NCBI GenBank assembly: GCA_015680685.1
Contig: MNCI01002587.1
Span: 1 to 64,000, forward strand
DNA from: Gnetum montanum
Lineage: Eukaryota > Plantae > Gnetophyta
Reading direction: 5' to 3'
Length of the DNA: 64,000 nucleotides
Position numbers and translations under genes: made by a program. The notes below the pieces were generated by a model. That model made no database searches. It had not been told where the DNA came from and worked only from the letters and a program-made list of their open reading frames with translations. This document shows, one piece after another, positions 39,425 to 52,789 of this stretch (position 1 is the first letter of the stretch; the number at the start of each line of letters is the position of its first letter).

Positions 39425-39735
39425 TGTCACGGTAGTCCTGTAAGCCTTCTGCACCCTGATGTACATTAGCATAAACTTGACATCCATCTATGGTTTATTA
39501 TGCGTCGTTTGGTGTAGATCAGTCACTTTGACGATTCCTTGGGAACCCTATAGGACATAAAGCTTCCGATTGCCAGTTGACTTGCCTGTTTACGGTAGTC
39601 TTGCATGCGTTCTATACCCTATCGAGCACTAGCATAAATGTGACACTCTTTTACGGTTGTTTACACATCATGTGGTACAAATCGGTCACTTCAACAGTTC
39701 CTTAGGAACCCTGCAAGACATAAAGCCTTTTTGAT
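39425..39735 (+). repeat. two diverged ~163-bp direct repeats in the 5' UTR of E
   Basis: ACGGTAGTC at 39429 and 39592; both units end GGAACCCT...GACATAAAGC. Confidence 0.75.
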
Positions 39736-39833
39736 TGCTTTCCAACTTCTTTGCTCTTCTCATTCACAAAACTATTAAGCTTTCCAATTTCTTTGCTTTT
39801 TTTCCATTTGCAAAATTGTCTAGCTTAGTAACA

Positions 39834-42800
39834 ATGACTTCCGCAACTACTGCCACTAACACCTTCAATGTTGAAGTTCCTATCATGGTTCAAGGCATCA
39901 CAGGTGCTGAACAACCGCTCAACCTGATGCTGGAAACATGTCGATCCCTCAGGATCCAAAATTGGGGACCGGAGGACTTGGCCCAGCAACATGAGCATTA
40001 TAACTTCCTTTGTGCAAAGGTGCAGGCAAACCTACCCTTGGATGTACACGAATTCAAAGAAAAATGTAGTTTCAAGTTCACTTACTACAACAGGAAGGAG
40101 TTTGTTCCCACTCCTAGTGCTTCCATACCTTTGACACAGACAAATCAAAGGCTTCTAAACCAACAAATCTAGTTGGCTAGGTTTAGAAAGCAATAGGACA
40201 CAACGTCCAACTAGGATGACGTCTTCCAAGAAGGATATGAGGAACTCAATTCCCAATTCGATGAGGGAGGTTAAACCAACCTCGTTTTTGTCCCTTCTAC
40301 CCAGTCCTTCTGGGCCAATCTATTGTCTGTCACCACTCCCTTTTTGATCATGCCTACACTCCCGCAGCCTACAATCACAACTACAATGGGTAGCTATGTC
40401 ACCTTCCTGGTGTATCAATGCCTTTATTCCCTTGTTTCATTTGTAGCAACTATGCCTCTGCAAACTATTCATCAGTCCATTCCTATAGTGCATCACACAC
40501 CAATCATGGCTACCTTGCCGCATGTTCATAATATACCTACTTTACAATCATATGCAACTTTTGTATCCATTCCTATGTTCACGTCAGTTCCACCCATTGC
40601 GGTGGGCCCGGGCCCATCCACATGGTGGACCCCATTCACTTCTTCACCTATTCCACAACCATTGTAGATGTCTCATTATGTTCACCCTTAGACCTACCAA
40701 ACCCCACAAATGGTCTAGCCCAATATGGGGTTATGGTCTATTCCACCAATGACACAAGTGGTCTATGCGGCAGCCCAACCTATAGTTGCTGCTTCAACAA
40801 CACCACCTGCTGGGTGGTGGATGGCACAAGCAGCACCACTCGTGGGGGCTATCCCAATGGTACCACTAATGGGTCACGCCATTACCCTTGCCATTCCATA
40901 GATGGGAGCTACCTCCATAGTTCCCCAACCATCCACAACATCGCAGGGTTTAGACCAAGTGTTCCAGCTTATCCAAACCCTCACCGAGGAAATAAAATAC
41001 CTCAAAGCTATTGGGTATGACACGGTACAAGTCATGGACTTTTACCAGGACGATCCCATCAGCCCTGCAATCCCTGCTCTGACGTTACACCGAGGGATGT
41101 CCCTCCCCCACTTCACAAAGTACAATGGGGAGGGAGATCCCAATGTATATCTTGTTACCTTTAGTTCTGAATCCCTTCTATTGCAACAATGGCCGCACAC
41201 GATTATTCATGTCATTGCTATGTCTCTAGCTAGGAAAGACCTGGATTGGTACCATGCACTGCCACGCTCATCCATTTCAACTCTAGAGGAGCTTCTGATC
41301 TAGTTCGTGATGCACTTCAAGTATAACTTGAAGGAAAAAACCATGTTGGACCAGTTGATGAGCGTGAAGCAAGATCCTCAAGAACCAGTCTAGAAGTTCA
41401 TCCAGCGATAGAGCGCTACCCTTAACAAAATTCATTAATCCATCATGGAGGCCCACTTGATGACCATCTTTAAGGGTGCAATGAATGACTTTATCAAGTC
41501 TAAACTGTACTACCTCATCCCTTGCACTCTTAGTCAAGCCTTCACTCAGACTAAGATTATACAGGACGTGGCCGAGGCAAGCAAAGTCCTAGCCTCCATT
41601 GCATACAAAAACACCTTCACAAAGAAGGACAAGGGTAAGGCCCCAACAACCACAGTGGCCACTATGGTGATCGAGGCCAATCCCAAACCTAGTAACAATG
41701 GTAACAAGAACAACAAGAAACCGACCATACCTACAGCTAACCCTGTGCCCAAGTAGGACAATTCATCGCAACCTCTAGTACCCGCACCTAAGACATTTGC
41801 ATAACCCAAACCGAACTTTGAGAGTAAAGATCGCTCAAAGTATACCCCACTCCCTCTTAAGGCTTCAGAACTTCTGAAGTAGCTATTGGCAATGGGGCAC
41901 ATCCAACACAAGTAGATGTTGAAAGAAGGAATTAGGAGACATTAGCGCTACTATGAGCTCCTTAGGAACACTTCTTTGGCCTTGCCCAATGATCCCCCAG
42001 TTCCTAAGGGTTTCAGGCTAGACAGGTTTTGTGACTATCACCAATAGTGTGGTCACAACACAGATTAGTGTTTGGTGTTGCAAGATGACATCTAGAGATT
42101 GATCGATAAGGGAAAACTGGTGTTGGATGAAAGCAACCCAGTACGCCCTGAGAATCAATCTCTACATGTATACACAGACCCCCTCAATGCCAACAACGTT
42201 AGTTATGTTATCAACGCCATCGGTATTGACAGTGATCCTAGGCCACCCCAATAGCCATTCATGGTCTATGTGTCTCAACATAGTGCACCAGCACCATCAG
42301 TTCCTCGCCAAAGCTCGCAACTGCGCTACCTCACCCGTTAACACCATTAGCCCCTTTCATCATCAGGGGGCTGACTCCTTCAACAGCCCCCATCCCACAC
42401 AAGACAACTGAACAACCTTCTCATCCTAAAAAATGAGAAGTGTGTTTTGTAGGTGAGATGGCGAGAGGAAGTACTGCCCTTGGTACTTCCAAGTCTATGT
42501 CCACGCCCTCGTCACCAAAGAGGGATGTTTTCATAACCGTACAGTGTGTGCTGCCTTTCCAAAAAGGGTCTAGACCCAGATATGAAGTTACTCCTCCTCA
42601 GGAAATTTATCTGCTGGGACGAATAGAGGAGGAGGAAAGCATTAAATAAGGGGGTGACCGAGACCTCTTGGATTCCCTCACTCAGGTCAAACAAGCTCTA
42701 AAACAAAAAAACACTACACTACACTTGTAGAACCTAATCATAACACCTTTCCCACACCGTGAGGCTCTGATCTACATGTTGATAGCAATTCCAATCAATG

Positions 42801-43548
42801 AAGATATGCTAGTAGAAGAGGAAGCGATCCACTTGGTTATGCTCCCCTCTGCACCTATAAAGCTAGAACCATCTCAACTAACTTTTAGTGATGATTCCAT
42901 TAGGAAAGATCTTGAAAGGGGTCAAGTGACCACAGCACCCCTTTTCATCACAATTTGGGTCGGCCAATACCAGATCCGAAGGGTACATGTGGATGATGGG
43001 GCTACCACAAACATCATCCCCTTCCCTATTATGGACAAGTTGGGCTTGGTCGACCAGATCAAATCCACAATGACATTATGCCTGAGGTCGTTCAATGGGG
43101 CACGCGTCTTGGTGAAGGGCATAGTTCACATAGACTTCTTGGCAAGGGACCAGTTCTCAACAAACGCGATATTCATCGTGGTTGAGGAAATGCCCAGGTT
43201 TAACCTAATCTTGGGGAGATCATGGTTAGCACTACTTAGGGTTGTCTCTTTGCCCATTCACTAGGAAATCCACCTACCATATGTAGGCAGGGAGTTGGTG
43301 ATCCATGGTAATGAGGTAACAATGTAAGAAATCAACAACATTGACATGGAGTAGGGCTCAGAGGTCGTAACCTCTGAGAATAAAGCTCTTGCTTATGCAC
43401 ACATTAACCATCTAGCAGTAGAATCGGCCCAGTAGGCCAGTTTCCAAAATGAAAGCATGTGGGTTGAGTTGCCCTTCCAAGTAGAGGACAATGATGCAAA
43501 CAAAGGCCCTGGCAAAGTGCCTCGGCCTTATGCTCCACTCAATCCATG
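39834..43548 (+). pseudogene. gag: gag-protease of element E
   Basis: ATG at 39834; Pro-rich N-terminal region; core DFYQDDPISP..FTKYNGEGDP; FCDYHQ..GHNT knuckle near 42030; protease VHVDDGATTNII...FNLILGRSWL. Confidence 0.85.
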
Positions 43549-43718
43549 ATGGATCAAGAAGTAGCTACGCATAGCGTAGCAACCCCATTGCTTTCTGCAG
43601 AATTGCCATTCTTTGCACATTATTATCTTTTTTTTGTTTACAATCCATTTGTCTACATAAGTTACCAATTATCTGTTGTTCAAGTTGTTAACATATCATC
43701 TCTTGGGCATGCCACGCT

Positions 43719-43945
43719 ATGGCCTGAAATGGCCTAAAACTAGCTATGGCCCGAAACGGCCTAAAACTAACAAGAGCCCAAAATGGCCTAAAACTAGCAA
43801 TGGCCCAAAATGGCCTAAAACTAGCAATGTCCCCCAGAGGCCCAAAATGGCCTAAAATTGATAGCAGCCTGAAATGGCTTAAAACTAGCTATGGCCCGAA
43901 ATGGCCTAAAAGTGGCAATAGCCCAAAATGGCTTAAAACTAGCAC
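43719..43945 (+). repeat. 27-bp tandem array (~8 units) ATGGCCCRAAATGGCCTAAAACTAGCW
   Basis: Directly visible; translates as repeated AQNGLKL. Confidence 0.9.
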
Positions 43946-44115
43946 ATAAAAGCATGAAAATTTTACACAAGATGTAGTACGTACATAATGCACAAGTTAA
44001 TGCAGAATCAATTTATTTTCCAAAATTCTCTTCTTTATTCAAAACTTTTTCCTTTTGAGCAATGTTTGCAAAAATTTTACAAAAATTCAAACTTTCACAA
44101 AAGAATCCCATGTCG

Positions 44116-47100
44116 TCATGGGTTGTCCTTGTTCGCATCATTTTTGCCATTTGTTTCTCCATCACCTTACTCTATGTTGTCCTCTGCCAATTCACCATTC
44201 CTTCCCTCTACGAGCCCTACACCCTCATTTTGAGCCTACATCGTAGGAATGAAGTGGTTAGCTAAAGCAACGCATGCAAACTACAATAGAGCATAAGCAT
44301 TAATACAGTAGAAAGCAACTAACTTGAGATGGACCTACATTTTCTTTGAAGGGTATCTAGTCTAAATCGAGCTCGAGGTAGTGCCAGACCTCCTCTGTAG
44401 TGATGTCCACCCAACGCCTATTGCTTGGTTCAATGTCCATAGCAGCTCTCTCCCTTTCAGTGATTATCCACCTTGGTGGTCCTGGAGAAAAGGAGACGGT
44501 TGCGGTCTCTCCTGTGGGAAGGTCCATTTTCCAGTCAAGAGATTCTGTGACCTTTACCTACTCTTTGAACTTGGCATAGGCTGCAGAAACGTAAATAGCA
44601 TTTACAAATGATTTATATGTAAACACCTCTACAGTAGCATCCCTATACATTTTACGATGGGTGGCATGTTCCAATTTATACATATGTTTATGGTTTTTCT
44701 AGGATTACCCCCATTCATAAACCTTGGTGCTGAAATCCTTCAAATCTTGACACTTCTAAACTAACAAGTTCATTTGCATCCATTCTATTATTTTGCAGGT
44801 GGCTTTGACATTCTAACATGCGACTATCCAAAATCTAGGGTAATCTATCATAGCCATGTGCCAGTCCTCATTATTAGTATCACGAGCTATGAGTAATTCG
44901 TTCCTTCACTTGAGATCCTCCACCTTGATGCTCAGTTCGGCCTTCTCTTGCTCAACTTTTTGGACTTGTTTCCACAGGTACTTGTTGACATGCTTATACT
45001 CCCACAAGGAGCATGCTGAGTGCAAAGTGCATTTGCAAGCCTCGTCTTATGAACAACAAGACACCTCGGTCACTTCGGGTGGGAATGTAGGCACGACATC
45101 GACTTTAAAAGGCCATGCCAAGTCCCATTTAAATCAAGAGGCTGCCATCACACAAAGAGCATAGTAATCACGTTAACATAACATTATTAGCAAGCTCAAG
45201 AAATCCTAGCATAGCAACATGAAAGCACCTAACACTAATACTTACCCACGTCAGGGTCCATCTGCTAAAGGTGGTTGATCATGTCGTTGACGATTTCCTG
45301 CATGAACAAAAACTTATTAGGGATCTCAGCCCATGATTCCACACGAATCGAAGGGGCTCCTGCAGCATCAACAATGGTGCCTATTACATAAGTAAACATA
45401 TTAGAAATGGCTGAAATGGGCTATGAAAAAGCAGACACATTGCCGAACTCATCAGCATCCAATTGCAGTCTCCCTTCTTGAAAATGCAAAACGATGGCGG
45501 CAGCCTTGATAGAAGTCCTTGCCAAGTCTGTACGGGCCTCTTCTTCATACGTTGGTGCCTTTCCTTTTGAGAGATAAGAACTCTTTTTATTTAATGGAGA
45601 CTCTTCTTCATCTCCAAAAATACCCTCCTCGTTAGTAGGAGGATTCTGCCTGATAACGAGAGCCCTTGCCTTAGCAACAGGAGTTCTTTCCTTCTTGACC
45701 AGGACCCTTCTCTTTGAGACAAGGGCCTCCAAGTCTTTATTCATTGCCCCCGTCTTAGGGGCTGACACCTCTTCATTGCCTTCTTCTTCTTCTTCTTCTC
45801 CCTCTATCAATCAAGAAACATGTTTGCATTAGCCCAAAGTAAGTTAGCTTAAAGCAAGTGCTACACTACGCTACGCTGCCCAGTGTAGCATAGCGTAGCA
45901 TACATTAACAAAGTAGGAATAAAAAAAGCATTTACCAATGAGGGGTTGCATACTTTGCATCTTGAGCCGCAGTCTCCACCCCTCCTCTTCCTCCATGCAA
46001 AGGTTTACCACATTTGGAACTAACCTCTTTTGCTTCAACTTGCCGGCCACAGTCTCGGCTATGAGATGCTCCCCCCATGACATGCTATTAGCTACAACAG
46101 AGGGAGCCTCTCCTATGTTGTCTTGGCCATCAAAGTTGCTAGCCGCTTGATCCTTAGTCATCATAGAGAATGACTCCTCAATTATTTCTAGGGGATCTTG
46201 GGCTCAAGTGGTCTAGAGGATCTCGCAGATCCATGATTTAGAAATCTGGTTGCGATTCAGCATGACCCAAGCTCCATTCTCGTGGACCACCAAAAACTCC
46301 ATGAAACGCTTCAGACAAGCTATGTAAAAGGCATAATGTATATTGGAATGAGACTCTGGTTTCTTCTGGAGTCCCAAGATTTTATTCTACAAGCCTTTAC
46401 ATAGAAACCTAGCCTAGTTGTAGTGGGGCCCTTCTTCCATGATCTCACCCATTATCCAGGCCTACTCCCCAGGACCTTCCCTTGGGAAAGTAGCTAGGGA
46501 AATGCGCGAGCGCGAAAGATAGGGTAAATCTCCCTGGTGGGTCCTTCTTTGAGCTTCTCCATGGGGAACCCCTTTCACTCAAAAATTCCTAACCACTCCT
46601 GAATGTCCTTCTTCTAAAGGGTCAACTCCTTGTTACCCTTAAACCCTATGAGAATGCCATGGATAGGAACACTGAACAGGTCCACAAGTAGCTGGTCATT
46701 GATTTCAATGACCATCCATACACCCTGTATGCGCATGCGGAAGTAGCTCGCTTTGTCAGAAAAGGAGTCGAATAGGGAGAGCATCTCGGTGGCAAGAATG
46801 CTCAGATTTGGGGCTAGGAACAGGTCCATAAGCCTAGCCTTTTGGATATTCTGGACCAAGGAGTCTGAAGTTGCACTGTTTATCCAGCGTTGGCTTGTAT
46901 CTACTTCTCCATACTTGAAGTAGATGTTCACCTTGTATGTCTCGGCGATTACCACCATCACCTCCTGGGGCTTTTTGGCCCCTATAATAGTTTTCAAAAA
47001 AAAAATGTTTAGCATAAAAACACAGAAAATCCAAAGATTGCAAAGACACTTAAGCATGCAACACTTACTGTTTAGCCTACTAGGTTTGTATGGTGACGAG

Positions 47101-48539
47101 AATAGTGGAATACTAACTAGAACTTGTTCAACAGTGATCAGTTTAAAGGGTTGTGTTCATTCCTCATCTAGCCAACCAGACCCCTTGCACTGATCATAGG
47201 GAATGGGGTATAGGTCTGGGTAGGTGTGGTATTCATCCCTGCAATGAACAATCACACCTGCATGCAGGTTCTGAGTAGAAGAGAACTCCTGTAGGGCTAT
47301 CTGTATTGTAGTCAGCAAACTTGTTCAGTTGTGAAGCCCTTCCTTGTAGATGTAGAGCTTGGTAACAAAAACATACTATTAGCATTTGGCCAATATGGCA
47401 AGCGTCGCACAACACAGTAGAACTGGGCTGCAAAACTCACCCACCAGCACAGTAGATAGTTCCTCGTGGGTTTTGGAAGCACATTGCCATATAACGTGCA
47501 ATAAGCAATGTGTTGTAAAAATGGTAGTAGCTGTACCCAAGCATATCCCAGATCCAGGTTAAACGTGTTAGCCCTATGGGGCGTTGACTAGATCCTTCTC
47601 CCTTCCTGCTAAAGACTACCCCATCCATCAGAAACCTCAGGATGCCTTGACTTGCCAAAGGCAATATGGCTTCTATTATGCAGCTGCCTCTTCCTCCTCT
47701 AGGTATGACCAAATGATCACAATGAAGTGTTAGAGAAGGTATTTTAGGAACTCCTATGAACTAGACCCCCTGCTCTCCCACACGTATCTGGGGAGGAGGA
47801 ACATTGGCCACAAGTTTGCCTACGTAACACAGGACCCCTACAATTTCTAAGACAATCAGAATTGGTCTTAGCTCCATCCTGCACAACGTAGCCAGCAAGT
47901 GTTAGCATCATGTTTAAGTGCAATGATCATGCAACATAGCAATACCTAGCATTTCATGCATATAGCGTAGCATAACCCTCTTCCTACACATAGCGTAGCA
48001 AGAACATGAAAGCGATAGCATAGTGAAAATAGCTTAGCATAGCAACAAAGCAATTAACCCTAACAAAGTGATTAACAATACACCCCAACTGAACACGTGT
48101 CACACTGTTACATCACGCATGGCCCAACCCTCTTGAAGGTCCTACATTATTCCATTCAAAAGCCAAGTAACTTAAACTATCCAAATCCCCGTGGTTATGA
48201 CAATTGAAATGGTGGTGGTTTAGGCAACCTTACATGCAACGATAGCATAACGTTTATGCATCCGCCGTGGCCAAAACTACAATAGCAGTGATGCAAAGGG
48301 CCAAAACAATGTGATGAAAGAAAACAAAGATGGCTAAGACTAGGATACAAAATAAAAGCAAAAAACAAAAAAAAAATGATAACAGAATCATGAAAAAGCA
48401 GAGGAAGCATAGTACCTTGTCGGGTCAATGGCGTGTCCTCCCGCACCGTGGTGTGCGCTTGTGTCACGCACCTTAGGGTTTTCTTCACCTCCTCAACCTT
48501 TGCGAGTGCCAAGTGAGTATGTTCCTTCTTTGGAGCCAT
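44116..48539 (-). pseudogene. Antisense multi-exon extra gene of element E (~10 exons, ~1050 codons, unknown function; premature stops and one frameshift)
   Basis: Predicted exons (minus strand): 48539-48416, 47983-47977, 47878-47441, 47238-47069, 46981-45936, 45803-45444, 45380-45246, 45141-44656, 44580-44324, 44235-44116. Introns are U-rich GT-AG (one GC-AG), several with GCTAAC-like branch points; intron phases are mutually consistent. Confidence 0.75.
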
Positions 48540-48876
48540 TGTCCCACTTGCAGACTTTCCTTCACCGCTATGCAAATAAACCACCTTGCTCGCTGTTAGC
48601 ACAATTTCTCCACGCTCCGAAATCACTTTGTGCTCCAAATATGGGCTCTATGCTCTTATAGTGAGAATGAAAAGCTTACCAGGGAAACTTACAGTTAGAA
48701 TGAAAAGGGGAAACTTGCCGCTCTCTCTCTCTCCATTTAATGCGGAGTGTGTCGTACAGCGTAGCATGCTCACCACGACATTGTAGCACTGTTGGCATTA
48801 AAAATTTTACATGCTTTGAGCTAACTACTTGCTTTCCCAATATATATATATATATATAGTTTTCTTTATCGGTCCA

Positions 48877-49050
48877 AAAAGACCTTAAACTAGCAACCCC
48901 AGCAGTTGCAACTTTCGTAGTCTGAAAAGACCTTAAACTAGCATTCTTAGTGTAGCATTCCACTCTCATTACCAGTCTAGAAAGACCTTAAACTAGTAAT
49001 CCTAGTGTAGCAATGACTTTAACAGTTCGAAAAGACCTTAAACTAGAAGT
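48877..49050 (+). repeat. four spaced copies of AAAGACCTTAAACTAG (~50-bp period)
   Basis: At ~48877, 48926, 48980, 49030; three copies retained in F at ~62900-63020. Confidence 0.8.
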
Positions 49051-49300
49051 TTCAATCTGTTATACGTTTGCAGTATGCAATGATGCTAAATTAGCAGTTT
49101 CACATTTTCACATTGGTAGTTTTGCATTTCTTAGTAGTTTCAAATTTTCACATCGAAAGTTTTACATTTCCTATTTTAGCAACTCTGCATCTCCATGCCA
49201 TAGCAATCTACCATGACTTTAAACTAGCAAAATTTTAATCTTTACATCATACTTCATCATTTCTTTTCAAGTTTTCGTTATACACGATTACTACCAATAG

Positions 49301-52300
49301 GTGCCTCTTAACCAGGATTTCACCTCATTTTGACAGGTTAAGAAAAAATGGAAATCCATCGCGATCTCTCCACGCCTTTAGCTTTAGCAGGTCTACATGG
49401 CAAGCTTGCAAAACAATTGAACCCCAACTTGATCGACTGGGGATCAACCATAGCTAGCACCATAGCGTCTTTAGAAACATCCCCACAAGCCTAAGCATCT
49501 GGTCTGAACTCTAGATTTGGAGGTCAGGGATGTAACTGAGGACCCTCTTGTTGAGATGTAAAAATTAGCTCCCTTCTAGATGCACAGATGCATGAAAACA
49601 TAGCCAAGATTCTGCAATACAACATCAAATTCTTCATGTGGTCATATAGCAATATGCCAAGTTTAGATCCACAGCAGATATAGCACAACATTGTCCTAGA
49701 CTCGTGCATGAAGGTAGTCAAGCAGAAGGCTCATAAGGTCAAACCAGAAATTGCACTAGCCGTAAGGGATGAAATCACCAAGCTATACCAAGCTGGTTTC
49801 ATCTGTGTAGTCGACTATTCGGAATGGGTGTCCAACATCATTTTGGTTTCTAAGAAAACGGGAGGAATATGAATCTGTATATACTTATGGGATCTAAACA
49901 AAGCAATGATCAAAGATGATTTTCCACTTCAAAGCATTGATTAACTCATTGACACTACGACTGGCCATGCCCTACTATCCTTCATGGATGGCTTCTCTGG
50001 CTATAAGAAAATTTGCATAAACCTAGAGCATCAGCTAACAACAACCTTCATAACCCAATGAGGGACCTTTTGTTACACCATGATGCCTTTTGGGCTCAAG
50101 AATGCTGGGGCAGCCTACCAACGAGCCATGACTTACATCTTTAGTGACTACATCTTAGAAATGCTAAACAACTATGTGGATGATATAGTGGTCAAGTCCA
50201 AGAAGGTAGCTGATCACCCCCACGATCTAGGAAAAGTCTACAAGTGTTGTCAAATGCATGATTTACACCTTAATACTAAAAAGTGTGTCTTTAGGGTGAA
50301 AACCGGATGCATGTTAGGGTTTGTGGTATCAAAAGCTAGAATACGGGTGGACCCTGACAAGGTTAAGGCCATTGTCAACCTAGCACCTCCTATGAACCTA
50401 AAGGAATTGCATGGCTTACAAGGTAGGGTATAGTTCATCCGAAGGTTTATAGAAAAGTTGACTGACAAGTTACACCCCTTGCAACATCTTCTAAAGAAAG
50501 GGTTAACTTTGAGTGGATAACCCAGTGTCAACTAGCCTTTGATGACTTGAAGGAAGAGCTTTTGCACCTCCCAACTGTGCATCCACCATAGAGGGGTAAG
50601 CCTTTCTTCATCTATCTTGTCACCTTCTAAACATCTATTGTAGCACTGCTATGTCAGAAATGAGATGACAGATATGAGATACCAGTGTATTATCTAAGTC
50701 ATGCATTAATAGCACATGAGGTGAAATATAATGAGGTGGAGAGGAATTGCCTTGCCTTAGTGTTTACGTTAAAAAAGTGGAGGCACTACCTATTTCGTAG
50801 TACAATTAACATCATTTGCAAAAGCAACATACTATGAGCTATCACTAAAAACCTATATGAAAGCATCCAGATAGCCTGATGGAAGGCAATAACCATGGAG
50901 TTCGACCTACACTATGTAAGCTAGTCGTTGACTAAGGGTCAAGCCATAACAACGTAACTTATGGCTTCACTCATCGACAACCACGCAACCATAGATCCCG
51001 AATTCCCAGACAATCATGTTGGCACTATCAACATCATTCCATCACACCTAGAAGCTATGTTACACTTTGACGAGGCCTCAACCATGTGAGGAGGTAGCGT
51101 AGCTATCATCATTATGTTTCCCTCTGGGGAAATGCACCCGTTTGCTTATCATTTTGCATTCTCTTGCACCAACAATCTGGTAGAGTATGAGGGGCTACTC
51201 AAAGGCCTCTCAACTGCCCATACACTACTCATACAACACTTGGCAATTCATGGTGATTCACAACTAGTTGTGAATCAAATCATCGAGGCCTATGCCTGCA
51301 AAGCTACGCACCTGGAATCCTACTGTGATATAGCAGAAAGCCTACTTAAGTAATTTGCAACCACAGATGTGCAACATGTGCCATGAAATGAGAACACCAT
51401 GGCAGATGCCTTAGCCACCCTTACATTAAATATTCCACCACACTCGTTTGCATGTCTGCCAACTTCGATTGTTGAATGTACTGAGCCTATCACTCAGGCG
51501 GGACAGGTGGCCGCTATCAGTTCCATGGAAACCCAGGAGTGGTACGCTAACATTAAATCCTACCTACAACATGATAAATCCCCAAGCGGATTGACATCTT
51601 CTTAGAGAGATATGATCTACAAGCACGCCTAGAAATATATGCTCATGGGAAATGATGCCCTGTGCCGACGCTCCTACTATGGGATATTGTTAGCATCTGT
51701 GGGTGATGAGTAGGTGCAAAGGGTAGTTAATGAAGTACATGAGGGATTGTGTGGTGGACACATAGCACCTAGGGCTATGGCTGCGAAAATCATATGCCTA
51801 GGGTACTATTGACCTTACATGGAGCGTGACTGCCTGTCGAAAGTCAAGACGTATGACATGTGCTAGAGATACGCAACTATCATACACATCTCACCTACAA
51901 ACTTGCACCCAACACAAATCACATGGCCTTTCCAACGATGGGGACTAGACCTCATAGGACCTATCACACCTAAGTCCTTCATAGGGCATAGCTTCATTAT
52001 CACTGTCACTGAGTATTTTACTAAGTTGGTGGAAGCTATCTCCCTAAGGAAGACGACGTCTTAGCAGATCTGCCACTTCATCTTGGACAACATCATGATA
52101 ATATTTGGGATTCCGATGACTATTGTAACAGAAAATGGACCGTAATTCAGTAGTATGGAAACTTGAACCTTCTGTAGCAATCTAGGCATTAGGCAATCAT
52201 TCTCCTCCCCATATTAACCATAGGCAAATAGGTAGGCGGAGGCTACAAATAAGTCCATCATCAACTTGCTGAAGTGAATGCTTAGTAAGAGCAAGAGGCG

Positions 52301-52781
52301 GTGGCACAAGCAAATCCTCTACGTTCTATTGGCCTATAGGACGAGATGTAGAACCGTGAATAGTAAGACCCCTTATAGTCTTGTTTATGGATCTGAAGCT
52401 ATGTTGCCTCTTGAGTTGTAGGTACCATCACTCTGGATGATCCTCTCCAATGTCGTGAGCAAAGTCTAGAACAATGAGTCACAGATCATCAACCTCGACT
52501 CAATAGAGCAGGAGCGTGTAAAGATGTTAAGCTGCATAGAGCGCTACTTGATCAAGAAATAGCAAAAGCACTATGTAGACCCACAGCAGCGACTAGTACA
52601 AAAGGTAGACCTCGTTCTCAAGGTTGCCTATGATCATGTGAGTAAATTATCAGCCAACTAGAAAGGCCATTACATGGTCACTAAAGCCTTTGGGAATGGA
52701 GCCTTTAAGCTAGCGGACATGGATGACAATGATTTCTTCAACCCAGTGAATCACTCGTATCTCAAGCCGTACTACATCTGA
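49301..52781 (+). pseudogene. pol: pol of element E: RT, RNase H, aRH, integrase
   Basis: MPFGLKNAGAAYQRAM..YVDD; YYLSHAL; aRH TNNLVEYEGL..GDSQLVVNQ..NTMADALA; HEGLCGGH; GLDLIGP; ends YLKPYYI*. Confidence 0.95.
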
Positions 52782-52789
52782 AGCAGTGT

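Noticed and set aside
43746-43949. 67-aa repetitive ORF (AQNGLKL repeats)
   Set aside because: By-product of a 27-bp tandem repeat whose unit is a multiple of three
43490-44145. Similar NDANK..NP* endings of gag-PR and the antisense gene's last exon
   Set aside because: Only ~15 nt of similarity; cannot be distinguished from chance
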